From an uncultured Gemmatimonas sp. (GTDB taxonomy: Bacteria; Gemmatimonadota; Gemmatimonadetes; Gemmatimonadales; GWC2-71-9): a DNA stretch of 64,000 nucleotides. Each line of letters begins with the position of its first letter. Position 1 is the stretch's first letter. Below the pieces are notes generated by a model. That model saw only the letters and a list, made by a program, of their open reading frames with translations. It was not told where the DNA came from and did not search any database. Shown in pieces: positions 55,313 through 64,000 of the stretch. The stretch is from contig CAZUES010000021.1 of NCBI GenBank assembly GCA_964619465.1, positions 2,510 to 66,509 of the forward strand, given 5' to 3'. The position numbers and the translations under genes are program-made.

Positions 55313-57048
55313 CGCAACCCGTGCTGCGTTGGCGGGTGGCGCCGGCTCCCGATCCCGACACAGCTCGGCAACTGGCCAGTTCGCTCGATCTTCCTCCTGC
55401 GCTTGCTCGGCTGCTTGCGCAGCGCGGCTACGGCGATCTGGAGACGGCCAAACGGTTCCTCCGGCCGGAACTTCAGTCGCTCTCGGATCCCTATGCACTG
55501 GCCGGAATGGCCGATGCCGTGGAGGTCGTGGTGCGAACCATTCGCGCCGGGCATCGGATCCTGGTGCACGGCGACTACGACGTCGACGGCCAGTGCGCCT
55601 CCGCACTGCTGACCCGCGCCCTCCGAGCGGCCGGGGCACATGTCGAAGCATTCGTCCCCCATCGGATGCGGGACGGCTACGACTTCGGCCCGGCGGGGCT
55701 GGCGCGCGCCCAGGAAATCGGCGCCCGATTGATCCTGACCTGTGATTGCGGCATCACGGCCGTCGAGACGGTCCGGCAGGCCAGGGAGGCCGGCCTCGAT
55801 GTCGTCGTGACCGACCATCACTTGCTGGGCCCGACACCGCCACCGGCCAATGCGATCCTCGACCCGCAGCGTCCCGACGACAACTCGGGGCTCGGCACGT
55901 TGTGCGGAACTGGCGTCGCTTTCAAGCTGGTGCAAGCCTTGGTCGAACCGCTCGGGCTGCCGCCGTCGTTCCCGATGCATTTTCTCGACTTCGTGGCCGT
56001 CGCCACGGTGGCCGACGTGGTGCCATTGATCGGAGAGAATCGGGTTCTGGTCCGCCACGGACTCAAGGTGCTCAATCGATCGCGCTGGCCCGGCTTCCGG
56101 GCGCTGATCCAGAGCGCCGGCCTCGGCGCCGGAGAAGTTCGCTCGTCGCACGTGGGGTTCGTGCTCGGCCCCCGACTCAACGCCGCCGGGCGGATCGGTG
56201 ATGCCAACGACGGATTGCGTCTCCTGCTCACCGACTCCGAGGCCGAAGCCCAGGCGCTGGCCGGCCAGCTCGAAAAGCTCAATACCGAGCGGCAGGACAT
56301 CGATCAGCGGATTCTGGCGCAAGCGATCGAACGAGTGGAGCGCACCGTCGACCTCGATCGCACGGCCGGATTGGTACTGGCCTCGGACGGATGGCACCCG
56401 GGCGTGGTCGGCATCGTCGCGTCGCGGGTGGTCGAGCGATTCGGTCGTCCCGCATTCCTGATTGGCCTGGCCGGCGACATCGGCAAGGGATCGGGGCGGA
56501 GCATCTCCCGTTTCGATCTCCACGGCGCCCTGCAGCAGTGCGGCGATCTGCTCGAACGATTCGGCGGGCACCGCATGGCGGCCGGTCTCACGCTGCGGCG
56601 CGATCGGGTCGAGCAGTTTGCCGAGCGGTTCGCGGCCGTCTGCGGCGAGCGGTTGCTGCCGAGCGACCTGGGGCCTGAACAACGAGTCGATCTGGAGATC
56701 GCACTCGACGAAGCGACGCCCGACCTGGAACGGCTCTGTCGCCACCTCGAACCGTGCGGGATGGGCAATCCGGGACCGGTCTTTCTGACCCGTGATGCCC
56801 GGTTGGTCAGCTGGAGCTACATTGGGGCCAAGAGTGAGCACCTGCGCGGCGTGCTCAAGACCGATCGCGGCCGACTCGATGTGATCGGCTTCCAGTTTGC
56901 CGACCGGACCGGTTGGTTGGGCAACGATCCCGTCGATGCCGCATTCCGCCTCGAGCGGAACGTTTTTCGGGGGCAGGAACAGCTGCAGGCAAAGCTGGTG
57001 GGCATCACGCCGGCAACGGGCCGGGTCGCCGATCTCGAACCGGTGTGA
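55309..57048 (+). CDS. recJ: Single-stranded-DNA-specific exonuclease RecJ
   Basis: ILVHGDYDVDG, CDCGI, VVTDHH and GGHRMAAG. GTG start in a GTGA overlap, with GGAGGA 10 nt upstream. Confidence 0.9.
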   Translation: MTQPVLRWRVAPAPDPDTARQLASSLDLPPALARLLAQRGYGDLETAKRFLRPELQSLSDPYALAGMADAVEVVVRTIRAGHRILVHGDYDVDGQCASALLTRALRAAGAHVEAFVPHRMRDGYDFGPAGLARAQEIGARLILTCDCGITAVETVRQAREAGLDVVVTDHHLLGPTPPPANAILDPQRPDDNSGLGTLCGTGVAFKLVQALVEPLGLPPSFPMHFLDFVAVATVADVVPLIGENRVLVRHGLKVLNRSRWPGFRALIQSAGLGAGEVRSSHVGFVLGPRLNAAGRIGDANDGLRLLLTDSEAEAQALAGQLEKLNTERQDIDQRILAQAIERVERTVDLDRTAGLVLASDGWHPGVVGIVASRVVERFGRPAFLIGLAGDIGKGSGRSISRFDLHGALQQCGDLLERFGGHRMAAGLTLRRDRVEQFAERFAAVCGERLLPSDLGPEQRVDLEIALDEATPDLERLCRHLEPCGMGNPGPVFLTRDARLVSWSYIGAKSEHLRGVLKTDRGRLDVIGFQFADRTGWLGNDPVDAAFRLERNVFRGQEQLQAKLVGITPATGRVADLEPV

Positions 57049-57563
57049 CGCGGATCATCAGCGGCGAGTTCGGTGGGCGTCGTCTGGTCACGCCGGCGGA
57101 TCGCCGGGTGCGGCCGACCGCCGATCGAGTGCGGGAAGCCTGGTTCAGCATCCTGGGCCCTCGGATCGTCGACGCGGTCGTCGCCGACTTGTTCGCCGGC
57201 AGCGGGGCGTTAGGCTTAGAGGCTATATCGCGGGGTGCGCGCCATGCCACTCTGGTCGACCTCAACCGGCCGTCGCTCGAGGCCATCCGGGCCAACGTGG
57301 AGGCGCTGGGCGTCGGCGACCGGGTCAGTGTCGTGCGTGGCGACGTGTTTCGGTTTCTGGCGGGGATATCCGGCCGCGCCTTTACGGTTGCGCTGGCCGA
57401 TCCTCCCTACGGACTCGGCCTGGCGGAGCGAGTCGTGGCCCGATTCCGCGACGCGCCGTTTGCGGACCTGCTGGCTATCGAACACCGGACCGATGATATC
57501 CTCCCCGAGGGAAGTACCCGGGGCTACGGAGACACCGCAGTAACTTTCTATGAGGCGACATGA
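57045..57563 (+). CDS. rsmD: 16S rRNA (guanine966-N2)-methyltransferase RsmD
   Basis: RIISGEFGGRRL, DLFAGSGALGLEAISRGA and ADPPY. GTGA overlap with recJ. Confidence 0.85.
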   Translation: MTRIISGEFGGRRLVTPADRRVRPTADRVREAWFSILGPRIVDAVVADLFAGSGALGLEAISRGARHATLVDLNRPSLEAIRANVEALGVGDRVSVVRGDVFRFLAGISGRAFTVALADPPYGLGLAERVVARFRDAPFADLLAIEHRTDDILPEGSTRGYGDTAVTFYEAT

Positions 57564-58039
57564 GCCGAATCGGCCTGTACGCTGGATCGTTCGACCCGCC
57601 GACGCGCGGCCATGAAGACCTGATCCGGCGGGCTGCGCCGTTGGTCGACCGACTGGTCGTGGCTATTGCGGTCAATCCCAACAAGCAGCCGGTGCTTCCG
57701 CTCGACGAGCGTCTCTCGCTGTTTCGCCGGATCATCGAGCTGCCCAATGTGACGTTCGAGGCATTCGAGGGTCTGCTGGCCGATCGGGCGCGGGCACTTG
57801 GTGCCACCGTGCTGATCCGCGGTGTGCGTAACGCCGCCGACTTGGGTCACGAAGCGCCGATGGCGGTGATGAATCGCCGCTTGCTCCCCGGTCTCGAGAC
57901 GATTTTCCTGACACCGTCGCCGGAGGTGAGCTTTGTGAGCGGGACGCTGGTGCGCGAAGTGGCTCGCTTCGGCGGCGACGTGACCCCGATGGTCCATCCG
58001 GCCGTGGCCGAGGCGCTTGCTGCGCGGATGGCCCGATGA
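57560..58039 (+). CDS. coaD: Phosphopantetheine adenylyltransferase CoaD
   Basis: YAGSFDPPTRGHEDL and RGVRNAADL. ATGA overlap with rsmD. Confidence 0.9.
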   Translation: MSRIGLYAGSFDPPTRGHEDLIRRAAPLVDRLVVAIAVNPNKQPVLPLDERLSLFRRIIELPNVTFEAFEGLLADRARALGATVLIRGVRNAADLGHEAPMAVMNRRLLPGLETIFLTPSPEVSFVSGTLVREVARFGGDVTPMVHPAVAEALAARMAR

Positions 58040-58935
58040 CGCCTGTCGAAGCGATCATCGCGCGGGCCGCCGAGCGCCGCGGCCGACTCGTCATGATCGA
58101 TCAGGAGGACGGATCGATCGAGCGGGCGGCCGAGCTGCTCAGGCAGCAGGGCGTCGATTCGATCACCCTGATCGGGCGCGCCGGCATCGATCCCGCCACC
58201 GACCCGCGCCTGGGGGAGGTTGCCGCCGTGCTGCGGGACTGCTGGCCGGAGCGGGTCCGCGATGGCATTCACGCCCTCGATCTGGCCGCGCACCCGTTGC
58301 TCTTTGCCGCCGGGCTGACCGCCCTGGGACACGCCGATGTCTGCCTGGCCGGCACCGCCGTACCGATGGACGCTGTCGAAGAGGCTGCTCGCTGGATCCT
58401 CGGCCCCGATCGGAACCGGGTCCGCGGCCATCTTGCGTACCTGCTCACAATGGACGATCGTCTTTCGACGTTGGCAATTCCCGATTCGGCTGGGCCGCTG
58501 GACGCCCGGGCCATGGCGGAACTGGTCATGACGGCGGCGGGCCACCGGACGCGGGTTGTCGGCGACCAGTCCCGGGTCGGCTTCCTGGTGCCGCCGCCGA
58601 GCCAGGACGCCAGCCATGCGGATGCCGAGGTGGCCCTGAACGAACTCCGAACCCTGGCGCCCGGGATTGCGGCCTCGGTCGAATGGGGCTGGACCACCCC
58701 GTCGGATGGGACGGAATCGGGCCGATTCCGCTCGGGGCCCAATGTTCTCATATTTCCGGATCCCGTTTCGGGTCACGTGGCCCAATTGGTGCTGCGGGAC
58801 ACGGTCGGGCGCAAAGCATGGGGACCATTGTTTCCGGGAGGACGCTGGACTCTGGCAGGCGTACCCGAAGGTGCGAGTCCCACGGACATCGTCGCGGTCG
58901 CGGCCCTCGCGCTCGCTGGCGTGTCCGGGGCCTAA
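58036..58935 (+). CDS. Phosphate acetyl/butyryl-transferase (PTA_PTB)-like protein, divergent
   Basis: Length and layout resemble the Pta C-terminal domain (GRLVMIDQEDGSIERAAELL...DVCLAGTAVP...NVLIFPD). The match is weak and from recollection only. ATGA overlap with coaD. Confidence 0.45.
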   Translation: MTPVEAIIARAAERRGRLVMIDQEDGSIERAAELLRQQGVDSITLIGRAGIDPATDPRLGEVAAVLRDCWPERVRDGIHALDLAAHPLLFAAGLTALGHADVCLAGTAVPMDAVEEAARWILGPDRNRVRGHLAYLLTMDDRLSTLAIPDSAGPLDARAMAELVMTAAGHRTRVVGDQSRVGFLVPPPSQDASHADAEVALNELRTLAPGIAASVEWGWTTPSDGTESGRFRSGPNVLIFPDPVSGHVAQLVLRDTVGRKAWGPLFPGGRWTLAGVPEGASPTDIVAVAALALAGVSGA

Positions 58936-58948
58936 CGGGAGAAGATTC

Positions 58949-59284
58949 ATGGGCTTTACCAAGACGGCCAATGGCAGCGGCGTTACCGTGGTGCGGATCG
59001 AGGGCCAGCTCATCGTCGGTAATCGGCAAGAGCTCAAGGCATTGATCCAGGATTCGCTCGAGGCCGGTGACCGGAAGTTCCTGATCGACTGCAGCCAGAC
59101 GGCCTACATCGATTCGTCCGGCCTCGGCGCCCTGGTGACGATCTCCAAGAAGGTCCGCGAAAACGGAGGCGATCTCCGGCTCGCCGGCCTCAACGACGAT
59201 CTCCGGTCGCTCTTCGAGCTCACCAAGCTCGACGCGCTCTTCACCATCGTGCCGACCGTCGACGACGGTCTGGCCGGGTTCTGA
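58949..59284 (+). CDS. STAS-domain anti-sigma-factor antagonist (SpoIIAA/RsbV-like)
   Basis: FLIDCSQTAYIDSSGLGALV (phosphorylatable Ser context) and LFELTKLDALF. Confidence 0.8.
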   Translation: MGFTKTANGSGVTVVRIEGQLIVGNRQELKALIQDSLEAGDRKFLIDCSQTAYIDSSGLGALVTISKKVRENGGDLRLAGLNDDLRSLFELTKLDALFTIVPTVDDGLAGF

Positions 59285-59294
59285 CGACATCGCC

Positions 59295-59756
59295 GTGTCC
59301 TTCCGTCTGACCATCCACCGGACCGAGCCCGCGCCGAGCGAGGTGGGGCCGGTGGCTGTCGACCTCGCGATGCCGAGCGATGTCGATAAGGTCGGGACGG
59401 TGGTGGAGCTAATGGCGGGGCAGTGTTTTGCGGGGCAGGCGCCCTGCGCGCGGACCGCCTTCCGGCTCAAGGTCACCCTCGCAGAAGCCCTGAGCAATGC
59501 CATCCTGCGCGGCAACGGGGCCGATCCGGACAAGCAGGTCTTCGTCCATGCGGAGCTGACCTCGGAGGTCATCCGCCTCTCGGTTCAGGATCAAGGCCCC
59601 GGACTCGACCCCGCGCGCTGGGAGGCGGGTCCGATCCTGCCCGAGGAACTCGAGTCCGAAGGTGGCCGCGGGCTTTTCATCATCAAGCATCTCGCCGATC
59701 AGGTTGGCTTCAGCGACCAGGGGAACACGATCTGGATGACGCTGCCGCGCAGCTGA
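59295..59756 (+). CDS. Anti-sigma regulatory serine kinase (RsbW/SpoIIAB-like, HATPase_c_2)
   Basis: N-box LAEALSNAILRGN, G-box VQDQGPGLD and GGRGLFIIKHLAD. GTG start. Confidence 0.75.
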   Translation: MSFRLTIHRTEPAPSEVGPVAVDLAMPSDVDKVGTVVELMAGQCFAGQAPCARTAFRLKVTLAEALSNAILRGNGADPDKQVFVHAELTSEVIRLSVQDQGPGLDPARWEAGPILPEELESEGGRGLFIIKHLADQVGFSDQGNTIWMTLPRS

Positions 59757-59854
59757 GGCGCCTCAGGCCGGCCCTCGACGCGCTCGACGGAACTCTGCTT
59801 GCCCCGGAGCGCCTCTGGCGTTTCGGGGAGGAAACGCATGTCCTGATCGGGCGC

Positions 59855-61321
59855 GTGCCGGAGTGGGTGCCGGCAACCCCCGGTCTGGCCGGTCTGGTCG
59901 AAACGCCCGAGGGTCCCAGGTGGTTCGCGCCGATCACGGAGGAGCCGGGGCTCTGGATCGAGGGCGACCCCGCCCCAACCGAGGAGCTGCGGCACGCCTC
60001 CGCGGCCGCGATGATCGACCACCTGCTTCGGGTCGAGCGCGAAGTCGGACGCCTCTCGCAGGAACTGGCCAGCCGCTACGAAGAAATCGATCTGCTCTAC
60101 ACCATCAGCGAAATCCTGGGCCAGACGGTTCGCCTGGAACAGGCGTCGCGCACCATCATTCGCGCCGTCAGTAGCGTGGTCGGTGCGCGCCGGGCCTCCA
60201 TCATGGTCCACGACGACGACCAGGGGATCCTGCGGACGGTCGCTTCGCAGGGGATTCCGCCGGGCCGATCGGGCATCGTATCGGTCGACGATCCGATTTC
60301 GGTTGCCGCGCGCGTCTTCCGGACTCAGCGCCCCCTGGTCGGTGACCCCACCGAAGGCATCATCTCCTCGGCGGGCACCGAGGAGCGCGGCTACCAGGGC
60401 GTCGCCTTCATGAGCGTGCCGATTACCTATGCCGCGCCGGGGGCGCCGGTCCGCTGCATCGGGGTCGTCAATCTGACCGATCGGGTCGGCGGCGACCGGT
60501 TCGGGCTGACCGATCGCAAGCTGGTCGCGGCGGTCGCCAACCAGATCGGCGCGGCGCTGGAGAATGCCCGGCTGGCGGAGCGTGAACGGGAACAGGAACG
60601 TCTCGAACGCGAACTCGAACTCGCCTCCACCCTGCAGCAGGGGCTGCTCCCGTCGCCGGACGTACTCTCGGGTGATGCCGCCGTCGGGGTCCAGTGCGTG
60701 CCCCTCGAGTCCGTCGGCGGCGACTTCTACGGATTCAATCGGCTGGGCGGCGGTGCGGTCGGCGTCATGGTGGGCGACGTGAGTTCCCACGGTTTCTCCG
60801 CAGCCCTCCTGATGGCCTCGGCGGTCGGCACCGCCGGTCTTCACGCAGCTGCCGCGGCCGGCGCTCCCGATGTGGTGCTTTCGGCGCTGCGGGCAACGCT
60901 TGCCGGGCAACTGACGTCGACCGAGAGCTTCATCACCATGGTGTATGCCCGGATCGACCCCGCCGCCGGTCGACTCGTTTTTGCCAACGCGGGTCACCCC
61001 CATGTCTTTCGGATCGGCGGCTCGGGTGAGTCATGGCGCCTCGAAGCTACCGCGCCGCCGCTCGGCCTGGGCGACGACGCCATCGGCCATCAGACCTCGC
61101 CCTGGGTCGCAGGCGAGGATCTGCTCTGCATCTTTACCGACGGCGTCAGCGACAGCACTAACGCCGCTGGCGAACGGTTCGGCGAGCGGCGGGTGCTCGA
61201 TGCCGTCGTGACTCGGCGCGAACAGCACCCGTCGGATATCGTCGATGCGGTCATGGCGTTGGTGGAGGCGTTCGGTCCCGAAGCCGCCGACGATCGCACC
61301 CTGCTGGTGCTCAAGGTCTGA
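59855..61321 (+). CDS. GAF-domain PP2C (SpoIIE/RsbU-type) serine phosphatase
   Basis: GAF region LLYTISEILGQ...ASIMVHD. PP2C motifs GGDFYGF, MVGDVSSHG, FTDGVSD and DDRTLLVLKV. The coding-looking sequence extends upstream to about 59732, but the only canonical in-frame start there is the GTG at 59855. Confidence 0.8.
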   Translation: MPEWVPATPGLAGLVETPEGPRWFAPITEEPGLWIEGDPAPTEELRHASAAAMIDHLLRVEREVGRLSQELASRYEEIDLLYTISEILGQTVRLEQASRTIIRAVSSVVGARRASIMVHDDDQGILRTVASQGIPPGRSGIVSVDDPISVAARVFRTQRPLVGDPTEGIISSAGTEERGYQGVAFMSVPITYAAPGAPVRCIGVVNLTDRVGGDRFGLTDRKLVAAVANQIGAALENARLAEREREQERLERELELASTLQQGLLPSPDVLSGDAAVGVQCVPLESVGGDFYGFNRLGGGAVGVMVGDVSSHGFSAALLMASAVGTAGLHAAAAAGAPDVVLSALRATLAGQLTSTESFITMVYARIDPAAGRLVFANAGHPHVFRIGGSGESWRLEATAPPLGLGDDAIGHQTSPWVAGEDLLCIFTDGVSDSTNAAGERFGERRVLDAVVTRREQHPSDIVDAVMALVEAFGPEAADDRTLLVLKV

Positions 61322-61336
61322 TCGGTTCACCTCGAC

Positions 61337-62146
61337 GTGGCCAAGAAGTTTCTCGGGCAACACTTCCTTTCCGACCCGCGGATCCTCAATCGGATCGCGG
61401 CAGCGCTGCCCGCCGAGCCGGGAGATGCCGTTCTCGAAATCGGGCCGGGGAAGGGGGCGCTGACTGCGGCCCTGCTGGAGCGCGGACTCCGGGTCACGGC
61501 AATCGAGCGCGACCGCGATTTGATCCCGGTGCTCCGGGCCCGCTGGCCCGAACTCGCCTTGGTCGAGGGGGATGCGCTCGAGGTCGACTGGCCGGGGCTG
61601 ATCGGCGCCACCGAGCGCCCGCGCTGGTTCGTGGCCGGCAATATTCCCTACAACATCACCTCGCCCCTGATCGACCGCGCCCTGATGGCCAGGCCGCTCC
61701 CCGCAGCTATCGTGTTCCTGGTCCAGAAGGAAGTCGCGCTCCGTCTGGCGGCAAAGCCGGGCACCTCGGACTACGGTGCGTTATCGGTAGGTGCACAGTC
61801 GACCGCGGTGATCGAGCGGCTCTTCAACGTCCCGGCCGGCGCCTTTCACCCGCCGCCCAAGGTCGACAGCGCCGTGGTCCGCCTGGTGCCCAGGCCCGAG
61901 CACGAGCGATCGCCCGATCAGGCGGGGTTCCGGAGAATGGTGGTCGGGCTCTTCGCGTCACGACGGAAACAACTCGGTCGAGCGGTCAGGACGTTGCTGG
62001 ATCTCGATGCGACCCGAGCCGAGGCCCTCCTGACCGACACCGGCCTGGATCCGTCCCACCGGGCCGAGACGCTTACGGTGGCCGAGTTCCGCCGACTTCA
62101 TGAACGGATGATTGACGAGGGGCTGGGCGACCGACTAACATTGTGA
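61337..62146 (+). CDS. rsmA: 16S rRNA (adenine1518/1519-N6)-dimethyltransferase RsmA/KsgA
   Basis: KKFLGQHFL, EIGPGKGALT and GNIPYNITSP. GTG start. Confidence 0.9.
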   Translation: MAKKFLGQHFLSDPRILNRIAAALPAEPGDAVLEIGPGKGALTAALLERGLRVTAIERDRDLIPVLRARWPELALVEGDALEVDWPGLIGATERPRWFVAGNIPYNITSPLIDRALMARPLPAAIVFLVQKEVALRLAAKPGTSDYGALSVGAQSTAVIERLFNVPAGAFHPPPKVDSAVVRLVPRPEHERSPDQAGFRRMVVGLFASRRKQLGRAVRTLLDLDATRAEALLTDTGLDPSHRAETLTVAEFRRLHERMIDEGLGDRLTL

Positions 62147-62158
62147 AAACTTTCACAT
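62141..62158 (+). promoter_or_regulatory. Rex operator (ROP box)
   Basis: TTGTGAAAACTTTCACAT matches the consensus TTGTGAA-N4-TTCACAA at 13 of 14 specified positions. The left half contains the rsmA stop codon and the right half abuts the rex ATG at 62157. Confidence 0.7.
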
Positions 62159-62783
62159 GCTTATGCGGACTGTCGCCGATAATACTGTACGTCGCCTCTC
62201 GCTCTACCTCAGGTTCCTGGAGGATTTCCAGCACCAGGGGGCGACTACGGTCAGTTCCGAGGCGCTGGCCGCCCGCGGGGGGACCACGTCCGCCCAGGTC
62301 CGCAAAGATCTTTCGTTCTTCGGATCATTCGGCAAGCGGGGGCTGGGGTACTCGGTTCCACAGCTGATCAAGCGACTGCGGGAAATCCTCGGTCTTGGGC
62401 GCCAGTATCGGGTGGTCCTGGTCGGTGCCGGCAAAGTGGGCAGCGCCCTGGTCCAGTATCCGGGCTTTCGGGACCGGGGCTTCGAGATCGTCGCGATTTA
62501 CGACCATGATACCGGGAAGATCGGGCAGTCGTGGGATGGCCTGGTGGTTCGGGATGCCCGCGACCTGGAACGTGATTGTGGAGTGCTGGCCCCCGATATC
62601 GGCGTCATCGTAACCCCGGCGGAGGCCGCTCAGGGCATTGCCGATCGTCTTGTTGGGTGCGGCGTCAAGGCGATCCTCAACTTCGCCCCGGTCCAGCTTC
62701 AGGTTCCAGACAGTGTCACTGTCAAGACGGTCAACCTGGTCCTCGAACTGGAAGCGTTGAGCTACGCGCTGGCGAGTCGATAG
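62157..62783 (+). CDS. rex: Redox-sensing transcriptional repressor Rex
   Basis: RRLSLYLRFLE, SSEALA...SAQVRKDLSFFG and the Rossmann motif VLVGAGKVGSAL. Confidence 0.9.
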   Translation: MLMRTVADNTVRRLSLYLRFLEDFQHQGATTVSSEALAARGGTTSAQVRKDLSFFGSFGKRGLGYSVPQLIKRLREILGLGRQYRVVLVGAGKVGSALVQYPGFRDRGFEIVAIYDHDTGKIGQSWDGLVVRDARDLERDCGVLAPDIGVIVTPAEAAQGIADRLVGCGVKAILNFAPVQLQVPDSVTVKTVNLVLELEALSYALASR

Positions 62784-62805
62784 CACGCTTCGGTAGTTTC
62801 CTGCC

Positions 62806-64000
62806 ATGCCTTCAATACGTGTTACCTCTGAGATCGGTCCTCTCGAGGCGGTCCTCGTTCATACCCCGGGTCGGGAGCTCGAGGCCGTCACGCCCAGCAC
62901 CCGGGCGGCGTATCTCTATGATGATCTGATCGGACTGGAAACCTCGGTACGGGAACACCGGCGGCTGGTATCGGTGCTCGAAAAGTCGGCCCAGGTCTTC
63001 GAAATCGGCAGCTTGCTCGAAGACGTCCTGGCCCTGGACGAAGCGCGCGAGTTCCTGATCACCAGCACCATGGACGTGGTGCCGTCAGAGCCGCTTGCGC
63101 AGCAACTTGCTGCGCTGACGCCGAAGGAGCTGGTCCGGCTGCTGATCGAAGGGAGTGAGGAGCCGGGCGGCCCGATTTCGCGGACCGTCAATGAGGTGGG
63201 CTTCGTGCTGCCGCCCTTGCCGAATCTCTTTTTTCCCCGCGATATCGGGATGGTCATCGGTGATCATGCGGTGGTCGGCGCCATGCGGCACGAGATCCGC
63301 TGGACCGAAGAACTCCTGATCAAGACCATTTTCCAGTTCCATCCGGAACTTGGCAATGCCGGGATTCTCTACGACGGCTCCGAAGAGCGGCGCAGCAATT
63401 ACACGCTCGAGGGCGGCGACGTCCATGTCGCGCGCCCCGATTTGCTGGTCCTGGGCTTTTCGCAGCGCTCCTCGCCTGCGGCGCTCGACCGTCTGGTCGA
63501 CGACCTCTTTGCCACCACCCCGGTGACCGATGCCATCGTCGTGGTGATGCCGCGCGAACCGACCGCGATCCATCTCGACATGCTGTTCACCCAGCTCGAT
63601 CGGGATCTCTGCGCCGTCTATCCGCCGGCCTTCGTCGGTCCCGAGCGACTCACCATTCTGCATCGCAAGAAGGGGCGGAAGACAGTCAAGGAGCGGAGCG
63701 ATCTGTTCACCGCCCTGAAGCAGGTCGGCTTGCCGCTTGCTCCGGTATTCACCGGGGGAAAACGGCGCTCGTCCCAGGAGCGGGAGCAGTGGGCCAGCGG
63801 CTGTAACTTCCTGGCGGTCCGCCCCGGTCATGTCCTCAGCTATCAGCGGAACGAGGCCACCCTGAGGGAACTCGAAGCCAACGGCTTTGCCATCGTCCCG
63901 AATCAGGACTATCTGGCGTTCGACGATTGGGACGATTCGCGCGGCCGCGTGGCCGTCACGATTCCGGGCGGCGAGCTGGTCCGCGGCGGCGGTGGACCGC
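62806..64000 (+). CDS. arcA: Arginine deiminase (3' end truncated by the window edge)
   Basis: This is my own translation; the ORF is absent from the track because no stop is reached. It reads MPSIRVTSEIGPLEAVLVHTPG..., LPNLFFPRDIGMV, TLEGGDVHV, TAIHLDMLF, SGCNFLAV, and ends at ...GGELVRGGGGP, just before the expected catalytic Cys. Confidence 0.85.
   Translation, partial: MPSIRVTSEIGPLEAVLVHTPGRELEAVTPSTRAAYLYDDLIGLETSVREHRRLVSVLEKSAQVFEIGSLLEDVLALDEAREFLITSTMDVVPSEPLAQQLAALTPKELVRLLIEGSEEPGGPISRTVNEVGFVLPPLPNLFFPRDIGMVIGDHAVVGAMRHEIRWTEELLIKTIFQFHPELGNAGILYDGSEERRSNYTLEGGDVHVARPDLLVLGFSQRSSPAALDRLVDDLFATTPVTDAIVVVMPREPTAIHLDMLFTQLDRDLCAVYPPAFVGPERLTILHRKKGRKTVKERSDLFTALKQVGLPLAPVFTGGKRRSSQEREQWASGCNFLAVRPGHVLSYQRNEATLRELEANGFAIVPNQDYLAFDDWDDSRGRVAVTIPGGELVRGGGGP

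Noticed and set aside
59700-59760. A programmed -1 frameshift fusing the RsbW-like kinase to the PP2C phosphatase.
   Set aside because: The frames are compatible, but there is no X XXY YYZ slippery heptamer or obvious downstream structure. A non-canonical or downstream start is more economical.

Overview
This is a GC-rich bacterial chromosomal segment in which third codon positions are almost all G/C. The ADOP-type duplicated MacB/FtsX permease, the SusC/SusD pair and many secreted serine hydrolases suggest Gemmatimonadota or Acidobacteriota, but this is inference only.

The window has two parts.

(1) Positions 1-38.5 kb are accessory-like and mixed-strand. They hold many secreted hydrolases:
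- an M28 peptidase, an M23 peptidase, a retropepsin-like protease and an amidohydrolase;
- four intact beta-lactamase-fold hydrolases plus one decayed copy.

This part also contains:
- two paralogous YD/RHS-like repeat modules, one of them fused to a beta-lactamase-fold domain;
- a LytS/LytTR two-component pair;
- a SusC/SusD pair beside a Rieske protein, a YVTN propeller and serine hydrolases;
- an orphan ADOP permease;
- a RES/Xre toxin-antitoxin pair with a palindromic operator;
- two tRNAs (Met-CAU and Val-CAC).

(2) Positions 41.1-64 kb are an unbroken plus-strand train of about 22 housekeeping genes: asparaginase, CMD-family protein, obg, dprA, hemW, hrcA, dnaJ, prmA, rsmE, HIT, mutS2, dnaG, zinc-ribbon protein, recJ, rsmD, coaD, Pta-like protein, a STAS/RsbW/PP2C partner-switching module, ksgA, rex and arcA. 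Many junctions are 4-nt ATGA or GTGA overlaps.

No rRNA, CRISPR array, transposase or integrase was seen.

The most unusual items are:
- the short YD-repeat/serine-hydrolase fusion with its divergent ToxR-like regulator and a truncated paralogue;
- the non-glycosidic SusC/SusD locus;
- several gene-decay scars.

Most long ORFs antisense to these genes are GC-driven shadow ORFs.
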